64,000 bases of DNA from Macrostomum lignano (Eukaryota). Shown piece by piece: positions 32,715 through 49,146 of the stretch; the first letter of the stretch is position 1; each line of letters starts with the position of its first letter. The stretch is from positions 1-64,000 of the forward strand of contig NIVC01002096.1 of assembly GCA_002269645.1 (NCBI GenBank), given 5' to 3'. The notes beneath the pieces were generated by a model. It did not search any database. It saw nothing but the letters and a program-made list of their open reading frames with translations, and was not told where the DNA came from. Made by a program: the position numbers and the translations under genes.

Positions 32715-34270
32715 TTCCCACTCTCTGCTCTCCTCCGCTCTCTACTCTCCCCGCTCTCTACTCTCTCCGCTCTCTACTCTCTCCTCTGTCTACTCTCTCC
32801 TCTGCCTACTCTCTCCTCTGTTTACTCTCCCCGCTCTCTACTCTCTCCACTGTCTACACTCTCCATTGCCTACTCTCTCCTCTGCCTACTCTCTCCTCTG
32901 TTTACTCTCCCCGCTCTCTACTCTCTCCACTGTCTACACTCTCCATTGCCTACTCTCTCCTCTGCCTACTCTCTCCTCTGTTTACTCTCCCCGCTTTCTA
33001 CTCTCTCCACTGCCTACTCTCTCCTCTGCCTACTCTCTCCTCTGCCTACTCTCTCCTCTGCCTACTCTCTCCTCTGCTTACTCTCTCCTCTGCCTACTCT
33101 CTCTTCTGCTTACTCTCTCCTCTGCTTACTCTCTCCTCTGCCTACTCTCTCCTCTGCCTACTCTCTCCTCTGCCTACTCTCTCCTCTGCCTACTCTCTCC
33201 TCTGCCTACTCTCTCCTCTGCCTACTCTCTCCTCTGCTTACTCTCTCCTCTGCTTACTCTCTCCTCTGCCTACTCTCTCCTCTGCCTACTCTCTCCTCTG
33301 CCTACTCTCTCCTCTGCCTACTCTCTCCTCTGCTTACTCTCTCTTCTGCTTACTCTCTCTTCTGCCTACTCTCTCCTCTGTTTACTCTCCCCGCTTTCTA
33401 CTCTCTCCACTGCCTACTCTCTCCTCTGCCTACTCTCTCCTCTGCCTACTCTCTCCTCTGCCTACTCTCTCCTCTGCTTACTCTCTCCTCTGCCTACTCT
33501 CTCTTCTGCTTACTCTCTCCTCTGCCTACTCTCTCCTCTGCCTACTCTCTCCTCTGCTTACTCTCTCCTCTGCCTACTCTCTCCTCTGCCTACTCTCTCC
33601 TCTGCTTACTCTCTCCTCTGCCTACTCTCTCCTCTGCCTACTCTCTCCTCTGCCTACTCTCTCCTCTGCCTACTCTCTCCACTGCCTACTCTCTCCTCTG
33701 CCTACTCTCTCCTCTGCTTACTCTCTCCTCTGCCTACTCTCTCCTCTGCCTACTCTCTCCTCTGCCTACTCTCTCCTCTGCCTACTCTCTCCTCTGCCTA
33801 CTCTCTCCTCTGCTTACTCTCTCTTCTGCTTACTCTCTCCTCTGCCTACTCTCTCCTCTGCTTACTCTCTCTTCTGCTTACTCTCTCTTCTGCTTACTCT
33901 CTCCTCTGCTTACTCTCTCCTCTGCCTACTCTCTCCTCTGCTTACTCTCTCTTCTGCTTACTCTCTCTTCTGCTTACTCTCTCCTCTGCTTACTCTCTCC
34001 TCTGCCTACTCTCTCCTCTGCTTACTCTCTCTTCTGCTTACTCTCTCCTCTGCCTACTCTCTCCTCTGTTTATTCTCCCCGCTCTCTACTCTCTCCTTTG
34101 CCTACTCTCTCCTTTGCCTACTCTCTCCTTTGCCTACTCTCTCCACTGCCTACTCTCTCCGCTGCCTACTCTCTCCTCTGTTTATTCTCCCTGCTCTCTA
34201 CTCTCCCCGCTCTTTATTCTCTTACGCTCTCTACTCTCTTACATCTTCTCCTCTCCCCCGCTCTCTACTC
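32715..34270. repeat. 16-bp pyrimidine-rich minisatellite (CTACTCTCTCCTCTGC)
   Basis: About 95 copies; stop-free in all three plus frames, giving spurious 460-550-aa ORFs. Confidence 0.96.
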
Positions 34271-34796
34271 AAACTGTCAACGCTGTCTCATATTTTTAAG
34301 TACATTTAGTACTTTCAACTTTCTTCCTTTCTAGTTCTGTACTTTTTAGCCAAACGAGTTCACCAGGACAGAGAATTGCCAAGAACTGTGTCTCTCTAAC
34401 TCTAGCAGATGAATCTAAAAATCTAATTTTCAAAAAAATCTAGCCAAAAATATAGGCGGCTAAGGCTGCATCTAAAAAGCAAATGCCAGCAGTTGAATTC
34501 GCGTCTGCTATTTCTATTTGCTATTTTCTCCGAGCATATGCGCCAAGCTTATCTTTTATGTCTCTATTCCATACTGCTAGGCAGCCCCCTGGCTTCCCAC
34601 CCACCCAGCCAATCGATTTCTGATGCTGATGAGGCATCCCAGCTGCTTTCTGGAAGCTGTTCGCGGGTTTAAGCCTTTCGGTCCCGTCTTCCGCTTCTCT
34701 GATCTTTAAAGGCTCGTCCTATGGTGTCTTAAAGCAAGGAGAATCTGGATTGGATATTTTTCTCCTTTTGAAACTAAATTTTTTAAACTAAAACAA

Positions 34797-35280
34797 AGAA
34801 ATACGTTTCTGCAGCCTATGGCCGGGCACAAGTGCAGGCTAATCAATACAAATACGTTTCTGTAGTCTATGGCCAGTGCAGGGTAATAAATACAGATACG
34901 TTTCTGCAGTCTATGGCCGGGCACAAGTGCAGGGTAATAAATGCAAATACGTTTCTGGAGTCTATGGCCGGGCACAAGTGCGGGGTAATAAATACAGATA
35001 CGTTTCTGCAGTCTATGGCCGGGCACAAGTGCAGGGTAATAAATGCAAATACGTTTCTGGAGTCTATGGCCGGGCACAAGTGCGGGGTAATAAATACAGA
35101 TACGTTTCTGCAGTCTATGGCCGGGCACAAGTGCAGGGTAATAAATGCAAATACGTTTCTGGAGTCTATGGCCGGACACAAGTGCAGGGTAATACGTAAA
35201 TGCATATACGTTTCTGTAGTCTATGGCTTGGCAAAGTGCAGGGTAATAAATACAAATATGTTTCTGTAGTCTATGGCCCG
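34797..35280. repeat. 51-bp tandem repeat with alternating variants (102-bp dimer)
   Basis: AATACGTTTCTG(C/G)AGTCTATGGCCGGGCACAAGTGC(A/G)GGGTAATAAA core, about 9 copies. Confidence 0.93.
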
Positions 35281-35726
35281 CTTAAGTATCGAATAAAGAA
35301 ACTTCCTTATTTACTAGCAAGCTCAGTTCCTATCCAGATAGGTTTTTAGTATTTCTCGACCGCTTCCTTTCCTATTTATCGCTTCGTTTTCCCAACCCCA
35401 ACTGTCACCTGATGCTAATTCCTTTTAAAACTCCTAAGATCCCGATATCATGGTCTTTTTAACTGTCTACGCCTCTGACTGACTGACTTTCTTACTTGCT
35501 TTCAGCTGTTGCCAATAAGCACGACCCCATCTACCCCGCCATCCCAGTCGGATCTGCCACGCCGCCCAACAGAAGAAAATCGTCAAAGACTCCCAAGAAA
35601 AGTTGCCGATGCACAAAAATACCTTTTTACTTTTGGGGTTCAATGGCTTTATTTGTATAGTTTTTGAGAGTGAAAGCTTTTACAGTGGTTGATGAAATGT
35701 GAGAAGTACATTGATTGTGTAAATAT

Positions 35727-36870
35727 GCGAGTGACTGACGGAGTGAATAGTAGAGTGACTGACGGAGTGAATAGTGTAGTGCCTGACGGAGTGAATAGTA
35801 GAGTGACTGATGAAGTGAATAGTAGAGTGCCTGATGGAGCGAATAGTAGAGTGACTGACGGAGTGAATAGTAGAGTGACTGACGGAGTGAATAGTGTAGA
35901 ACCTGACGGAGTGAATAGTAGAGTGACTGACGGAGTGAATAGTAGAGTGACTGACGGAGTGAATAGTAGAGTGACTGACGGAGTGAATAGTAGAGTGACT
36001 GACGGAGTGAATAGTAGAGAGACTGACGGAGTGAATAGTAGAGTGACTGACGGAGTGAATAGTAGAGTGACTGACGGAGTGAATAGTAGAGTGACTGACG
36101 TAGTGAATAGTAGAGTAACGGACCGAAAGAATAGTAGAGTGACTGATAGAGCGAATAGTAGAGTGACTGATGGAGCGAATAGTAGAGTGACTGACGGAGT
36201 GAATAGTAGAGAGACTGACGGAGTGAATAGTAGAGTGACTGACGGAGTGAATAGTGTAGAACCTGACGGAGTGAATAGTAGAGTGACTGACGGAGTGAAT
36301 AGTAGAGAGACTGACGGAGTGAATAGTAGAGTGACTGACGGAGTGAATAGTAGAGTGCCTGACGGAGTGAATAGTAGAGTGACTGACGTAGTGAATAGTA
36401 GAGTAACGGACCGAAAGAATAGTAGAGTGACTGATAGAGCGAATAGTAGAGTGACTGATAGAGCGAATAGTAGAGTGACTGATGGAGCGAATAGTAGAGT
36501 GACTGACGGAGCGAATAGTAGAGTGACTGACGGAGTGAATAGTGTAGTGCCTGACGGAGTGAATAGTAGAGTGACTGACGGAGTGAATAGTGTAGAGCCT
36601 GACGGAGTGAATAGTAGAGTGACTGACGGAGTGAATAGTAGAGTGACTGACGGAGTGAATAGTAGAGTGACTGACGGAGTGAATAGTAGAGTGACTGACG
36701 GAGTGAATAGTAGAGTGACTGACGAAGTGAATAGTAGAGTGACTGACGGAGTGAATAGTAGAGTGACTGACGGAGTGAATAGTTGAGTGACTGACGGAGT
36801 GAATAGTGTAGTGCCTGACGGAGTGAATAGTAGAGTGACTGACAGAGTGAATAGTAGAGTGACGGACTGA
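35727..36870. repeat. 24-bp minisatellite (GAGTGACTGACGGAGTGAATAGTA)
   Basis: About 47 copies; source of the VTDGVNSR pseudo-ORF. Confidence 0.96.
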
Positions 36871-37611
36871 GTGAGCTATAAGGTGACCGACGGACGGAGT
36901 GAACAGAAAAGTGAATGAATTTAATAAAGAGTGAAAAGTACAGAGTATGGCTGTCATTAGAATAATGTGGCCCGCAAAAATCGGTAGAAAACATTTAAAA
37001 AAGCAACAGAAAAATGCAGAAATTATATTGAAGCAACTGCACGACCAATTTTCGTTCATCACAAGAAAGCACAAGGAGAGGCAAAAAGAACAACCGGCTC
37101 TCGCTGCCAGAAGAGGCGGCACATGTATTTCCAAGAAACACCAACAAAGCACAGGCCAGCAACAGAGCAGCATGGAGGAATTATCCAATTTTTTCCCGCT
37201 TCGATCTTATCCGACGATCGTCGAGCTGTCCGCGGCAGTTCCAATTCAATTAGTTTCTCGGAAAGGCGACACGTCGAAGGTCAGCTGGGGACGCTGCCCC
37301 CCCCTCCTCCCATTTGGTGGGTTCTGTTTGCTAGAGAGAGCTGAGGGAACAGCGCATTTTTGTTCTAATTAAACGCATGCAAAATCGGATTTTCGGGCAA
37401 AAGCAAAAAAGGGAAAGAAAGCGATAAGATGTCGTATAATTATTATTTTTGCTGAGCTGGTCACAGGTGCTTTGTGCTGTTTGAGTTCAAAGCCAGTGGG
37501 TTGACGAAGAACAGTTTGGACAGACAAATGAGCATTAATCATTTAGTTTGAGATTCAATACCCGTTTCATATCCACGAGTCAGTTGAGATATGTTTGAAA
37601 CAGTTGAAAGG

Positions 37612-38545
37612 ATTGAGATTCTATGGGTGAGATTCTAATGGGTGAGATTCTAAGGGGTGAGATTCTAATGGGTGAGATTCTAATGGGTGAGATTCTAAGG
37701 GGTGAGATTCTAAGGGGTGAGTCTCTGAGGGGTAAACTTCTAAGGGGTGAGATTCTAAGGGGTTGGATTCTAAGGGGTGAGATTCTAAGGGGTGGGATTC
37801 TAAGGGGTGAGATTCTAAGGGGTGAGATTCTAAGGGGTGAGATTCTAAGGGGTGAGATTCTAAGGGGTGGGATTCTAAGGGGTGGGATTCTAAGGGGTGA
37901 GATTCTAAGGGGTGAGATTCTAAAGGGTGAGATTCTAAGGGTGAGATTCTAGGGGTGAGATTCTAGGGTGAGATTCTAAGGGGTGAGATTCTGAAGGTGA
38001 GTTCTAATGGATGAGATTCTAAAGGGTGAGATTCTAAGGGTGAGATTCTAGGGGTGAGATTCTAGGGTGAGATTCTAAGGGGTGAGATTCTAAAGGTGAG
38101 ATTCTAAGGGGTGGGATTCTAAGGGGTGAGATTCTAAGGGGTGGGATTCTAAGGGGTGAGATTTTAAGAACGGAGATTTTAAGAACTGAGATTCTAAGGG
38201 GTGAGATTCTAAGGGATGGGGTTTTAAGAACTGAGATTCTAAGGGCTGGGATTCTAAGGGGTGAGATTCTAAGGGGTGAGATTCTAAGGGATGAGATTTT
38301 AAGGGGTGGGATTCTAAGGGGTGAGATTCTAAGGGATGAGATTTTAAGAACTGAGATTCTAAGGGGTGAGATTCTAAGGGGTGGGATTCTAAGGGGTGAG
38401 ATTCTAAGGGGTGGGATTCTAAGGGATGAGATTTTAAGGGGTGGGATTCTAAGGGGTGAGATTCTAAGGGATGAGATTTTAAGAACTGAGATGCTAAGAA
38501 GTGATATTCTAATGGGTGAGACTCTAAGAGCTGAGATTCATAGAG
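37612..38545. repeat. 15-bp minisatellite (GGTGAGATTCTAAGG)
   Basis: About 60 copies, more degenerate to the right. Confidence 0.95.
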
Positions 38546-38984
38546 CTGACGTTTGAAGAAGTTAAAGTTGGAACATTTCCGAATATCACACTGTGGATTC
38601 TGCTAATCAATAGGCAATGCCTTCGGGCGGCTTTTTACTGTTTCAAAAATTGTTGTTTAATAATTATTTTTTTATTATAATTCAAAAAGCTCTTATAATT
38701 TTCCAATACAAAACTTGAAGAATTCGCATATATAACTACTATTGGTAGAACCTAAAAATACGAAAAAAATACTCAATTTATTCGATCTTTCAGTGTCTAC
38801 ATTGTACAAAAAAGACAAAACTGGCAGACAAACTCTAACAATACGATAAAATGTAGAACTATTTGAATACAAAACTAAATGATTTGAAAAATGCTCACAG
38901 TTGCAATACAGATAACGATTGCTAATATGATAAAAGCAAATGTTATGCCTTAAAAGGAGTTCAAAGGCGATAGAGGGAGGGTGG

Positions 38985-39977
38985 TGTCAGTGTCTCTAGA
39001 AGCATGTCAGTGTCTCTAGAAGCATGTCAGCGTCTCTAGAAGCATGTCAGTGTCTCTAGAAGCATGTCAGTGTCTCTAGAAGCATGTCAGTGTCTCTAGA
39101 AGCATGTCAGTGTCTCTAGAAGCATGTCAGCGTCTCTAGAAGCATGTCAGTGTCTCTAGAAGCATGTCAGTGTCTCTAGAAGCATGTCAGCGTCTCTAGA
39201 AGCATGTCAGCGTCTCTAGAAGCATGTCAGTGTCTCTAGAAGCATGTCAGTGTCTCTAGAAGCATGTCAGTGTCTCTAGAAGCATGTCAGCGTCTCTAGA
39301 AGCATGTCAGTGTCTCTAGAAGCATGTCAGTGTCTCTAGAAGCATGTCAGTGTCTCTAGAAGCATGTCAGTGTCTCTAGAGTGGTGTCAGTGTCTCTAGA
39401 AGGTAGTCAGTGTCTCTAGAAGGTAGTCAGTGTCTCTAGAAGGTATTCAGTGTCTCTAGAGGGGTGTCAGTGTCTCTAGAAGGTAGTCAGTGTCTCTAGA
39501 AGGTAGTCAGTGTCTCTAGAAGGTAGTCAGTGTCTCTAGAAGGTAGTCAGTGTCTCTAGAAGGTAGTCAGTGTCTCTAGAAGGTAGTCAGTGTCTCTAGA
39601 AGGTAGTCAGTGTCTCTAGAAGGTAGTCAGTGTCTCTAGAAGGTAGTCAGTGTCTCTAGAAGGTAGTCAGTGTCTCTAGAAGGTAGTCAGTGTCTCTAGA
39701 AGGTAGTCAGTGTCTCTAGAAGGTAGTCAGTGTCTCTAGAAGGTAGTCAGTGTCTCTAGAAGGTAGTCAGTGTCTCTAGAAGGTAGTCAGTGTCTCTAGA
39801 AGGTAGTCAGTGTCTCTAGAAGGTAGTCAGTGTCTCTAGAAGGTAGTCAGTGTCTCTAGAAGGTAGTCAGTGTCTCTAGAAGGTAGTCAGTGTCTCTAGA
39901 AGGTAGTCAGTGTCTCTAGAAGGTAGTCAGTGTCTCTAGAAGGTAGTCAGTGTCTCTAGAAGCATGTCTGTGTCTCT
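38985..39977. repeat. 20-bp minisatellite (TCAGTGTCTCTAGAAG-CATG/GTAG) with two homogeneous variant blocks
   Basis: AGCATG variant at ~38990-39370 and AGGTAG variant at ~39390-39960. Confidence 0.96.
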
Positions 39978-40033
39978 TCATGTATGTCAATATTTCTGAG
40001 AAGTTTGGTCATATATAAAAGCTCCAATTGCAG

Positions 40034-44584
<4,551 letters not shown>

Positions 44585-45304
44585 TCTAGCAACTATTCAA
44601 TTCAAGCGCTTATTTCTGATGGACAAACAAACTAAAAAGCTTGAAGGCTTGAGCAGAGATATGATGGGTTTTTGCGGATGTCTTCCGTATTTAAAAATGA
44701 AGAAAGAAAAAATCCAGCTGGCTATTTTGTTTTTTTCCAAGCCAAACAAGTTTGAGTATTGTACACTGCTCTCCTGTCTCTCCGTCTCTTCTATTCATCT
44801 ATCAATTGTTTCAGCTCTCCAGTCCAACCCCTGCAGCGCTTTACTTTACTGCCGAGATTTTATTTCACTGACTGAAGCCTCAAACTTAAATGCGCCGAGT
44901 TACGCGGTACAAACGCCCACTCAAAGTCAGAGAATACAGTAATTTATAAACAATGTTCTCAACTGTCTCCCTCAGATACCTGCAGCTAGTTGGTGGGGTA
45001 TTGCACTTGCACAAAAGCTTTTACAGTCTATCTGTATCTCGAATAATGTCGAATATAGAGCTGCCAACGACCGCCAATATGGCAGTAAAAGGGACCTACA
45101 ACAGATAAGTACAAGAAAGTTTGATGTGCGACGGAAGCCCCCCCCCGTCCCCCGTGTCTCTGGGGTGACGCAGAGGTATTTATTCGATACAATGGAAGCT
45201 TTTATGTCAGAAAACACAAAGTTGAACGCGAATAATAATTATTGCAAGTAAAAAACATCTACACTCAGCGACATCTTACAGTTTCTCTCACGAAACCAGA
45301 ACTC

Positions 45305-45567
<263 letters not shown>

Positions 45568-46148
45568 TTATACGAGTACTACACATTAAAGAGACGCCAC
45601 GTAGGTTTACCCAATCAAACACTATTAGCTACATGAAATGTCAAACGCACATCTGCCCCACCGTCTATACTGCTGTCTCTGGAATGCATAGCTGTCAGGC
45701 ATAAGTCTCTATATGCCCTTAAAACCCCAGCAAAGCAAACAGGCGGAGCTGCCCAGATAAGAAATCCACATATGCCCGGCTGCAGCTGTATAATCCGACC
45801 ACTTTAGGATGCAATGCGACCGAATTCGGCAATTTCAGTTTTGTCGCGGAACCACTTCGGCAAATGGTCGTCTAGCGGAGTTGCAGTTTGACATGCACGC
45901 GCTCCGGAATAGAAAAACATATCCCCAAGCGTTCTTGGGCTTCCCCAAGGGAATTAAAACGAACACAGCAGTTCGAATCTGTAGAATGAATATATTTACG
46001 CACAGCCCCACTCGATATTTTGGTTTCGAGTTTGAATTCAAACTTTTCAATTTCGACAATTTCTGAGCTTCCGAATTAGTCGGTCAGATTTATACTAAAT
46101 GCCTCTTCGTTGTCAACAAAGAAACATTAGTAACCTTGTTAGATTATT

Positions 46149-47244
46149 ATGCAGAAGCTTCTGCTGCTATCTGCTACTCACTACTGACTATGACCTGCAT
46201 CGTGCAATGTGAGTGACGGTTCTTTAGCTCGAATTATAATAGAATTTCAGTTACTGCAGTTGACAGGCACTAAAGTAAAAACACTCAAGTAACAGACTAG
46301 TTTACAGACACTTCAGTCAACAGACTAGTTTACAGACACTTCAGTTAACAGACTAGTTTACAGACACTTCAGTTAACAGACTAGTTTACAGACACTTCAG
46401 TTAACAGACTAGTTTACAGACACTTCAGTCAACAGACTAGTTTACAGACACTTCAGTTAACAGAGTCCTAGTTTACAGACACTTCAGTCAACAGACTACT
46501 GGCTTACAGACACTTGAGTCAACAGACTAGTTTACAGACACTTCAGTCAACAGACTAGTTTACAGACACTTGAGTCAACAGACTAGTTTACAGACACTTC
46601 AGTTAACAGACTAGTTTACAGACACTTCAGTTAACAGACTAGTTTACAGACACTTCAGTTAACAGAAGAGTTTACAGACACTTCAGTTAACAGAAGAGTT
46701 TACAGACACTTCAGTTAACAGAAGAGTTTACAGACACTTCAGTCACTGTTGCATTATTAGTGCAACCCTATGCATCAAACTTACTTTTTTACCCACAGTC
46801 TCATCCGCAAGCATTGACTGCTTCGTCTGCGAGTCAATCAACGGCTCCAATCCAGCCTGTCACGACCCGTTTGACTCCCGACCAGCCGCCGGCGCCCAGC
46901 TTGTCCAGGACTGCCGTCAGGGTCGTTTAGGTCGATCTGGCCAATTCCCAGCGCGCTACTGCTTCAAGCTCAAAGGTCGCCAGCAGTCCAACGGTCAGCA
47001 GGTGCTGATTCGACGGTGCTCAATTGACACACTAATAGAGAATTCTAAGAATAGCCACTGCGGTCGGTTTGCCGTCACTAAGTCGCTAATTGGGCAGGCT
47101 GAACAATCTGATGATAGCAGAGAATATTTTGACGGATGCGTGTCAATGTGCCGCTACGACGGCTGCAACGGCGCCGCAGCTGATAGCGCCAGTTTGCTTA
47201 CTAATGCGCTCCTCGCACTGACGCTCGTTTTAGCTCGCTTATAA
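46149..47244 (+). CDS. Quiver/Sleepless-like Ly6/uPAR three-finger, GPI-anchored protein (about 168 aa); apparent 1-nt deletion in exon 1
   Basis: Exon 2 (46799-47244) encodes IDCFVCESINGSNPACHDPF...YCFKLK..VLIRRC..HC..GCVSMCRYDGCN (10 Cys) and a hydrophobic GPI signal. Exon 1 ends CAA T|GTGAGT at 46208 in matching phase 1. A signal peptide MQKLLLLSAT/SLLTMTCIVQ needs one frameshift near 46180. Confidence 0.85.
46290..46745. repeat. 28-bp minisatellite (CAGACTAGTTTACAGACACTTCAGTTAA) filling the intron of the qvr-like gene
   Basis: About 16 copies. Confidence 0.94.
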
Positions 47245-47282
47245 AGTTTTGAGCGCCTCATGTGTGACCGTGAATTTTTACT

Positions 47283-48065
47283 CAGCTTGGTTTTGTTTGC
47301 CGCTCATTACAGGCTGCTTGCTACAGGCCGCTCATTACAGGCCGCTCATTACAGGCTGCTCATTACAGGCCGCTCATTACAGGCTGCTTATTATTACAGG
47401 CTGGTCATTACAGGCTTGCTCATTACAGGCTGCTTATTTTTACAGGCTGGTCATTACAGGCTTGCTCATTACAGGCCGCTCATTACAGGCCGCTCATTAC
47501 AGGCTGCTTGCTACAGGCCGCTCATTACAGGCTGCTTATTATTACAGGCTGGTCATTACAGGCTTGCTCATTACAGGCTGCTTATTTTTACAGGCTGGTC
47601 ATTACAGGCTTGCTCATTACAGGCTGCTTATTTTTACAGGCTGGTCATTACAGGCTTGCTCATTACAGGCCGCTCATTACAGGCTGCTTGCTACAGGCCG
47701 CTCATTACAGGCTGCTTATTTTTACAGGCTGGTCATTACAGGCTTGCTCATTACAGGCCGCTCATTACAGGCCGCTCATTACAGGCCGCTCATTACAGGC
47801 TGCTTGCTACAGGCCGCTCATTACAGACTGCTCATTACAGGCCGCTCATTACAGGCTGCTCATTACAGGCCGCTCATTACAGGCTGTTCAATACAGAATG
47901 CTCATTACAGGCTGGTCATTAGAGGCCGCTCATTACAGGCTGGTCATTAGAGGCTGGTCATTACAGGCTGGTCATTAGAGGCCGCTCATTACAGGCTGTT
48001 CATTACAGGCCACTCATTACAGACCGCTTTTATTACAGGCCACTCACTAAAGGCCACTCATTACA
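47283..48065. repeat. 14-bp minisatellite (CTCATTACAGGCCG and variants) in or after the qvr-like 3' UTR
   Basis: About 55 units, beginning about 40 nt after the stop codon. Confidence 0.94.
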
Positions 48066-48636
48066 GTAAAAATGCAGAATCATTTTTCGACCTTCGCACT
48101 ATTGCGAATTGACATATATACTACTAATTAATAAGTAGCTTACGAGTACAGCAACAATAAAAAATAATGCAAGGTTAACACTTTCACATTGATTTAATTG
48201 ACTAAGTTTTGCTCATTGAATCAAGCTGTATATCAGTAATTTACATTTGTTTCATTTATCCTATCAGTCTTTAGTGCATTGTGTTGGAGCGAAAAAATAA
48301 TTATTTAGCCATATGCTTAAATAAAAATAATTCTAGAAACAAAATACTTTGGAAGCTGTAACCAAGAGATAAGAAAAATGGATTTTTTTGAACTATTGAA
48401 GTGTCACACAGGTTCACGCCATTCAATACTGTACATTGTTTACATAGGTACTCAAAATAATACAAAAAATGCAGTCAATTTGTTTGGAAAGAAACTTGAC
48501 CAGCAGTTCAGCAGGTACTTTTGTTAATTATTGCAGTCATTAGCGCGTTTCTGTCTGCTTGTAAATCATTGTTTGCTTTAATTTTTTGGCACATTGTAAA
48601 ACTAACCCTAGACTTGGTAAACTTTAAGTTTTCGAA

Positions 48637-49110
48637 ATGATCCCAAATTCCCATAACTATCCAAAATGATCCCAAATCCCCATAGCTATCTAAAATGATC
48701 TCAAATCCCCATAACTATCCAAAATGATCCCAAATCCCCATAGCTATCCAAAATGATCCCAAATACCCATAGCTATCCAAAATGATCCCAAATCCCCAAA
48801 GCTACCCAAAATGATCCCAAATCCCCAAAGCTACCCAAAATGATCCCAAATCCCCATAGCAATCCAAAATGATCTCAAATCCCCATAGCTATCTAAAATG
48901 ATCCCAAATCCCCATAGCTATCCAAAATGATCCCAAATACCCATAGCTATCCAAAATGATCTCAAATCCCCATAGCTATCCAAAATGATCCCAAATCCCC
49001 ATAGCTATCCAAAATGATCTCAAATCCCCATAGCTATCCAAAATGATCCCAAATCCCCATAGGTACCCAAAATGATCCCAAATCCTCTCCAAAATAATCC
49101 CAAATCCCAG
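48637..49110. repeat. 29-bp minisatellite (AAAATGATCCCAAATCCCCATAGCTATCC) just downstream of the glomulin stop
   Basis: About 16 copies. Confidence 0.94.
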
Positions 49111-49146
49111 CGTCACTCCGATTGTAGCGATGAATCAAATTATTTG

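Noticed and set aside
32659-36994. Long ORFs of 365-546 aa (SLLCLLSP..., VTDGVNSR..., YYSLRQSL...)
   Set aside because: Translations of stop-free 16-bp and 24-bp minisatellites, open in several frames at once.
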